A stretch of DNA of 63,498 bases, counting the filler, from Acidimicrobiia bacterium (lineage in GTDB: Bacteria > Actinomycetota > Acidimicrobiia > Spongiisociales > JAHEDJ01), in the NCBI GenBank assembly GCA_029210695.1. It is 7 parts of 7 records of this genome, joined end to end, with 100 filler letters (N's around TTAATTAATTAA, not from the genome) between each part and the next. Parts side by side here need not be neighbours in the genome. Positions count along the whole stretch, not along the records: positions 55,986 to 63,498 come from JARGFH010000097.1; 6 more parts are not named here. One strand, written 5' to 3'. Both the position numbers and the translations under genes were made by a program. Shown here piece by piece: positions 59,060 through 63,498 of this stretch; within the stretch, counting starts at the first letter, position 1, and each line of letters starts with the position of its first letter. Below the pieces are notes generated by a model. The model did not search any database and was not told the DNA's origin. It saw only the letters and a list, made by a program, of their open reading frames with translations.

Positions 59060-59752
59060 TCATCTCCCGCCGAATTCGATGCCCCGTGACGAGCGGTTGG
59101 GCCGCGACTGGGCCGCGAGACTTCGAGCCCGCCAGGTGGCAACTGCGAAAGCCATGCTCAGGAAGATCAGAACGATGGCGGGGTCCTCGATGACCTGGGC
59201 CGGATGAATCGTGGTCACGAATGGAGCGAGACCGAGGGTGGTCACAAGCGCGGCGAACCCAGCCCGGCGCGGCGCCGCCCGGCGAGCGGTCTCCGAGGTT
59301 CCGTCCTCCAGGCGCCACAGCACAATGACCATGGCGATCACCAGGTAGAACGCAGACGGATTCACTACGCCCGCGAGCATGAAGTGCACGTTGAGGAATG
59401 TGGCGACTGCCAAGGCGCCGACGACGCGCCGGTTCAGGGCGAGCAATGCGGCAATGACCAGTTCGGCGATGCACACCATCGGCGCGACCACGCCAGCGAA
59501 CGGCTCAACCACTTGGGTGAGGAAGGGCTGGTAGATCGTGACCGCGTGGGAAGTATCTACTTCGAGGAATAGACGCAGCGCCTCACCGCTCCACCATCCA
59601 TCGGTGATCGCGTTCGCGGTGCCCGCCCGCAGCCAGCCAATCGCTAGGAAGAGCTGCGGGAGAAGTATCCATGCAGGCATCTGTCCGCTGCGCCACGCTG
59701 TCGGGTTGATGAGCCGGTCGAGCCGGCGTTTCAGACTTTTCTCGCCCGCCAT
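59060..59752 (-). CDS. DoxX-like membrane protein
   Basis: LFLAIGWLRAG, AELVIA..L, FLNVHFMLAG. Confidence 0.7.
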   Translation of the reverse strand: MAGEKSLKRRLDRLINPTAWRSGQMPAWILLPQLFLAIGWLRAGTANAITDGWWSGEALRLFLEVDTSHAVTIYQPFLTQVVEPFAGVVAPMVCIAELVIAALLALNRRVVGALAVATFLNVHFMLAGVVNPSAFYLVIAMVIVLWRLEDGTSETARRAAPRRAGFAALVTTLGLAPFVTTIHPAQVIEDPAIVLIFLSMAFAVATWRARSLAAQSRPNRSSRGIEFGGR

Positions 59753-59936
59753 CTCCGAGACATACGGAGGAACCTGGCCATCGGTTCTCGGGCGGGTCTT
59801 CCACACTGCTCCCCGCCGGGGATGATGGTCACCCCTCGGTAGACGGAGGGGTGAAGTGACGACAACGGCTGAACCAAAAGCGGATCTGTAACGTACTGTT
59901 ACCGACCGTATCGGCAAGGATGGAGGAGGAGATCCG

Positions 59937-60350
59937 ATGAGGAAAGTACTCGTGGTTGTGATCGTGCTGGTCGTGGCTGCACTGGCGCTCCCGGCTGCGG
60001 CCAGCGGCCGCCCACTCGACGCAACGCTTACGGGAGCGGCTGAGGTACCCGTATCGGGCGACCCGGACGGGAGTGGCTCCGCCAGCGTGACGCTGAACCA
60101 GGGCCTCGGTGAAGTCTGCTGGGACATCACCTTCGCAGGCATCGCCGCGCCATTCGCGGCACACATCCATGTTGGCGAGGCCGGAGTAAACGGGCCTGTC
60201 GTAGTCCCTCTCAATACTTCGAGCGGATGCGTCGACGGCGTTGACAAGGATCTGATCAAGGACATCCGCCAGAACCCGTCCGACTACTACGTGAATGTGC
60301 ACAACGCGGACTTCCCGGGCGGCGCTTTGCGCGGCCAGTTGGAGAAGTAG
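59937..60350 (+). CDS. Secreted CHRD-domain protein
   Basis: LTGAAEVP..GDPDGSG, AHIH.G.AG.NGPVV, YVNVH..FP.GALRGQL. Confidence 0.92.
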   Translation: MRKVLVVVIVLVVAALALPAAASGRPLDATLTGAAEVPVSGDPDGSGSASVTLNQGLGEVCWDITFAGIAAPFAAHIHVGEAGVNGPVVVPLNTSSGCVDGVDKDLIKDIRQNPSDYYVNVHNADFPGGALRGQLEK

Positions 60351-60509
60351 CCCTACCCACTTCCGCGGCGAGCACCAGTTCCGGAAACCGGTGCTCGCCG
60401 CCGCGGTGGAGTCAGGTATTGGCGGCGAGGCTCACAGCGGACGATCATTGCACCATCGCCGATCAACCGGTATGAACAGGAACGAGCCGAACCTGAAATC
60501 ACGCCGACC

Positions 60510-61470
60510 GATGCCTGTTTGGTTGTCAAGGGGGTGTTTGGGCGCGTTTGGGATTCCGGCTCGACCGGCGATCGGTAGTTGGGCGTAGGCTGGGGGGTGG
60601 CCCGGGGTGGCTGCGCTGAAGAGCCGGTGATCAGGATGGAAAGCCGGCCGCGCAAGCGTCAGGGACGTTCCTGTTTGCCCCCGGGTCCTAGCTTGTCTGT
60701 TGGTCGGCTTGGAGGTGGCGGTAGACGACGTCGGAGAGGCGCCGTTTCAACGCCCGGATCGCTTCTTTGGGTGTTCTACCTTCTTCGAGTTTGCGTTCGT
60801 AGAAGATGCGGCCCTCGGTATTGGGGTGATGCAGCTGGCAGATGGCAATGGTGTGGATGGCATGGTTGAGCATCCGGTTGCCTCGGGGGTTGAGCCGATG
60901 CCGTTTCCGTGATCCTGATGATGCTTCGATGGGGGCGGTGCCGTTGTAGGCGGCGTAGTGATGGCTTATCGGGAACCGAGAGACGTTACCGGTGTGGCCG
61001 ATCAACAAGGCGGCGACGACGGGTCCGACACCGTAGATGTTGACCAGGGTGGTGCCCGACGCCTCCACGGGCACGGCCAGGCGGGTCTTGGAGGCATCTC
61101 GTTCTTTGTTGAGTCTCCGCACCTCCCCCAACAGCTGGTGGGCGATACGTTTGCGTTCGGTCTCGATCATCGATACCGGCCGGACCCGCTGCAGCAGCCC
61201 GGCGGCTCTGTTTGGGGTCATCTCAGTGCCCAGACCACCGGGGATCAGGGCCGCCAGCACAGCGTGAAGCCGGCAGGCAGCCTGGGTCTTGAGGCTGAAG
61301 AGCTGGGTGTGACGGTTGGCCAACATCCGCAGCACCGTCACATGATCCTCGGTAGTCACCGCCCGCAGCCCCGACTGACGAAGCGCCACGATCGCCACCG
61401 AGCGGGTGTCGTCGGAGTCGTTCTTCTGCGAGCGGGTCGAATCGAGTACCCGGACCCGGGCCGCCTGGGC
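60510..61470 (-). mobile_element. 5'-truncated IS110-family element (transposase remnant 60688-61470 plus 3' non-coding end)
   Basis: KND..D, GVGPVVAA, GTAPIEASSG, HRLNPRGNR, RALKRRLSD; N-terminus lost at CTAG 61471; outward TTGACA at 60524-29. Confidence 0.82.
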
Positions 61471-61607
61471 CTAGATGGCCGCCAGCCGGGTTATCGGGCG
61501 GTGGGAGTTGGGTCTTTTTCCTCTGGTCGGATTGTATGGATTGGGTTAGTTCTGTTGTAGCGGAGCTATGGCGAGACGCGCTGCCGCAGGTGGCGCCGAG
61601 GTGACTC

Positions 61608-62879
61608 GTGGCAACGACACCGCAGGCCCCGGGAGGGGCGCGGCTGACCGACTCCCTGTCGGAGGTGGTGGGGAGCGCCGCCGCGGAGGCGGGCACGACC
61701 CCGGAGCCCGGCCCGTCCCCACTCGCGTCCGAGGTTCGGCCCGACGAGCCGATCGGCCGCAGCACAGCCTTCGACGCCCGTGTGGAGGAGGTCCGCTGGC
61801 TGTTCGGCTCTACCGCTCGGTCGCTCTTCTCCCCTCTGGTGGGTTCGATTCGGCGCCGGCTCGGGCTGGCTCCGCAGAGTTCGGGAGCCTTGGCGTTAGC
61901 CGGTTCACTGGGGGTTGGCATCAGGCTGGGTCTGGCGCTGCTGGTCACCGCGCTGGTCGGGCAGTGGACCGACATTCCTTGGGGCCGTTGGACGGCGATC
62001 GTCGTGTTCTCCGGGTTGTTCGACGCTATGAAACTGCTGGCGTCGCCGCCCGTCGATGTCGAGCCGCGGCCGTGGATCAGGCAGTTGGGGGAGAACATGA
62101 CACCGCTGCTTCCCACGATCGTGCGGGAATCCGACCTCGAGGATCTGGCTGCCGCGATGCGGCGCTGGTCCCGGCCGTCGGTGATGGTGGCTTGCGGTGT
62201 GGCGGTGGCGACCCTCATGCTGGGGGCCGGCTGGCTGTTTGCTCCAACGGGGATGGACGAGCTTCCCGCCGGCAGCGTCGTCCTGCTGGCCCTGCTGCTC
62301 TACGAATTCGGGGCGCTGATGGTCTTCGGGGACTTCTTCGAGTGGGCGTTCGCGGCCCGCCAGGCCAGGTACCACCACGATCTCTTTTGGCCGAGCCCGG
62401 CCGACTCGCCCGAAGTCCGGACGGCGATGCAGATGTGGAACGTGAGAGCGCTGGCGTGGTGGATCACCGTCTATTTGGTGCTCATGTTGGTCCTGGTGTC
62501 CTGGGATTCACCGGTAGTGGTACCGCTGGCGGTGGGGTTCATCGTGATCGGCTACCTCACCACGATTGGCGCAGCCTTTGGGGACCGGGCCAGCGTCCGC
62601 AAGATCGTCGAGCGGACCCGCCAGCAGCAACTAGAGGAGCTGCGACAGCTTATCAAGCCCTTCAAGTCACGGTACACCGACCTTTCAACACAAGAGTCGG
62701 AGCAGCTCCGGGATCTGCTCTTCCTCCACGACAGGATCCGCGATGCCCCTGCGACTACCTCCACCACCCGCACCCTCCTGCGTGCCGTGGCGGGATTGAT
62801 CGTTCCCACCATCGTGTTCGTTATCACCGTGTTCGGTGAGGTATCGGCCGAGCGCCTCCTCGACGCCATCCTCCCCTGA
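61608..62879 (+). CDS. Multi-pass membrane protein of unknown function
   Basis: 423-aa ORF with about 7 hydrophobic segments and a soluble helical C-terminal loop. Confidence 0.75.
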   Translation: MATTPQAPGGARLTDSLSEVVGSAAAEAGTTPEPGPSPLASEVRPDEPIGRSTAFDARVEEVRWLFGSTARSLFSPLVGSIRRRLGLAPQSSGALALAGSLGVGIRLGLALLVTALVGQWTDIPWGRWTAIVVFSGLFDAMKLLASPPVDVEPRPWIRQLGENMTPLLPTIVRESDLEDLAAAMRRWSRPSVMVACGVAVATLMLGAGWLFAPTGMDELPAGSVVLLALLLYEFGALMVFGDFFEWAFAARQARYHHDLFWPSPADSPEVRTAMQMWNVRALAWWITVYLVLMLVLVSWDSPVVVPLAVGFIVIGYLTTIGAAFGDRASVRKIVERTRQQQLEELRQLIKPFKSRYTDLSTQESEQLRDLLFLHDRIRDAPATTSTTRTLLRAVAGLIVPTIVFVITVFGEVSAERLLDAILP

Positions 62880-62959
62880 GCGAAAAGCCGACTCGCAGCT
62901 ATCCGGATCGGCGGATGTTGCGAGGCGAAATCGGGGACCTGTGGATGAGGTTGGGTCAC

Positions 62960-63424
62960 CCTTGAGAACCGGCAGGGTGATGATGTGGGGGCCTGGTCGA
63001 GCCACCGCCGTTGTTGGTGGTTGGTTACGGTTGGGTGGTCTCCTTGGGGTCCGGTCTGACCCACGAACCGGCTGACGCCAGGTTGGTTGTCTTGTGAATG
63101 ACGAGTCGGCCGGACTCTCTGGGGGACGCCGGCACTCACCGGTCGGGCGGTGCGACGCCGGTCGGGCTGCGGTAACAGCTCGAGCCGTGTCGGTGTCCGC
63201 CGTCCCGGTGGTGCGTGCCAACCCTTTGCCCATAGGTCGAGAGAAAGGGATGGCCATGACCATGGTATCTGCGGGTTTGATCACCGGTGGGGTGGATACC
63301 CACCTCGATGTTCACGTCGCCGCCGCGTTGGATCGGATCGGGGGCTTGTTAGGCGTCGCTGAGTTCGACACCACCCAGGCGGGCTATGAGGCGCTGTTGG
63401 CCTGGTTGTTGAGCTTCGGTTCCC
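62960..63424 (+). mobile_element. IS110-family left end with long non-coding leader and transposase N-terminus (63256-63424), interrupted by another IS
   Basis: ITGGVDTHLDVHVAAALD..G..LG..EF.TT..GY..L..WL; left boundary approximate. Confidence 0.8.
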
Positions 63425-63498
63425 GAGGTGTATCTGACTCTTTGATATAGGTCGCCGGGTTCCTAACCCAATTCATGGTCGGGTCCGGGGCGGGTTGT
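63425..63498. mobile_element. IS terminus, same end as 3-76
   Basis: Exact reverse complement of 3-76. Confidence 0.75.

Noticed and set aside
60688..63424. Two IS110 fragments as halves of one inverted element
   Set aside because: They appear to leave a gap in the protein and each has its own long non-coding end; probably different elements
1..63498. Whole window as a giant element with 74-bp terminal inverted repeats
   Set aside because: The ends lie on different, artificially joined contigs; better explained as two copies of one IS end

Overview
High-GC actinobacterial DNA, probably Acidimicrobiia (inferred from gene content, GlnR and leaderless starts). The window is not contiguous: seven contigs are joined by artificial 100-nt N44-TTAATTAATTAA-N44 linkers (contigs 1-10970, 11071-21651, 21752-30711, 30812-39564, 39665-47789, 47890-55885, 55986-63498), and most contig ends are ~75-bp IS termini. 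Contigs 1, 2 and 4 are mostly core genes (pepA, pepP, uppS, pyrE, nfo, add, prmC, an amino-acid ABC transporter, glnA/glnA2/glnR with GlnR boxes). They also carry a six-heme beads-on-a-string cytochrome, a CapA-DUF3160 pair and two REP-like palindrome families. Contig 3 is a coupling-protein fragment beside a ROK/GH30/GH1/SBP locus broken by IS1634. Contig 5 looks like a defence island: PIN module, SRA-like-HNH, phosphorothioate-directed SBD-HNH, and a DUF7662-DUF6884-HhH-GPD glycosylase fusion paired with a PD-(D/E)xK nuclease. Contig 6 holds a Cu/redox operon whose first gene appears to be a selenoprotein missed by the ORF track (GC-UGA-PP with a SECIS-like hairpin 11 nt downstream). Contig 7 has tRNA-Arg att remnants and IS110 fragments. 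Family assignments come from motif recognition by eye, not database searches.
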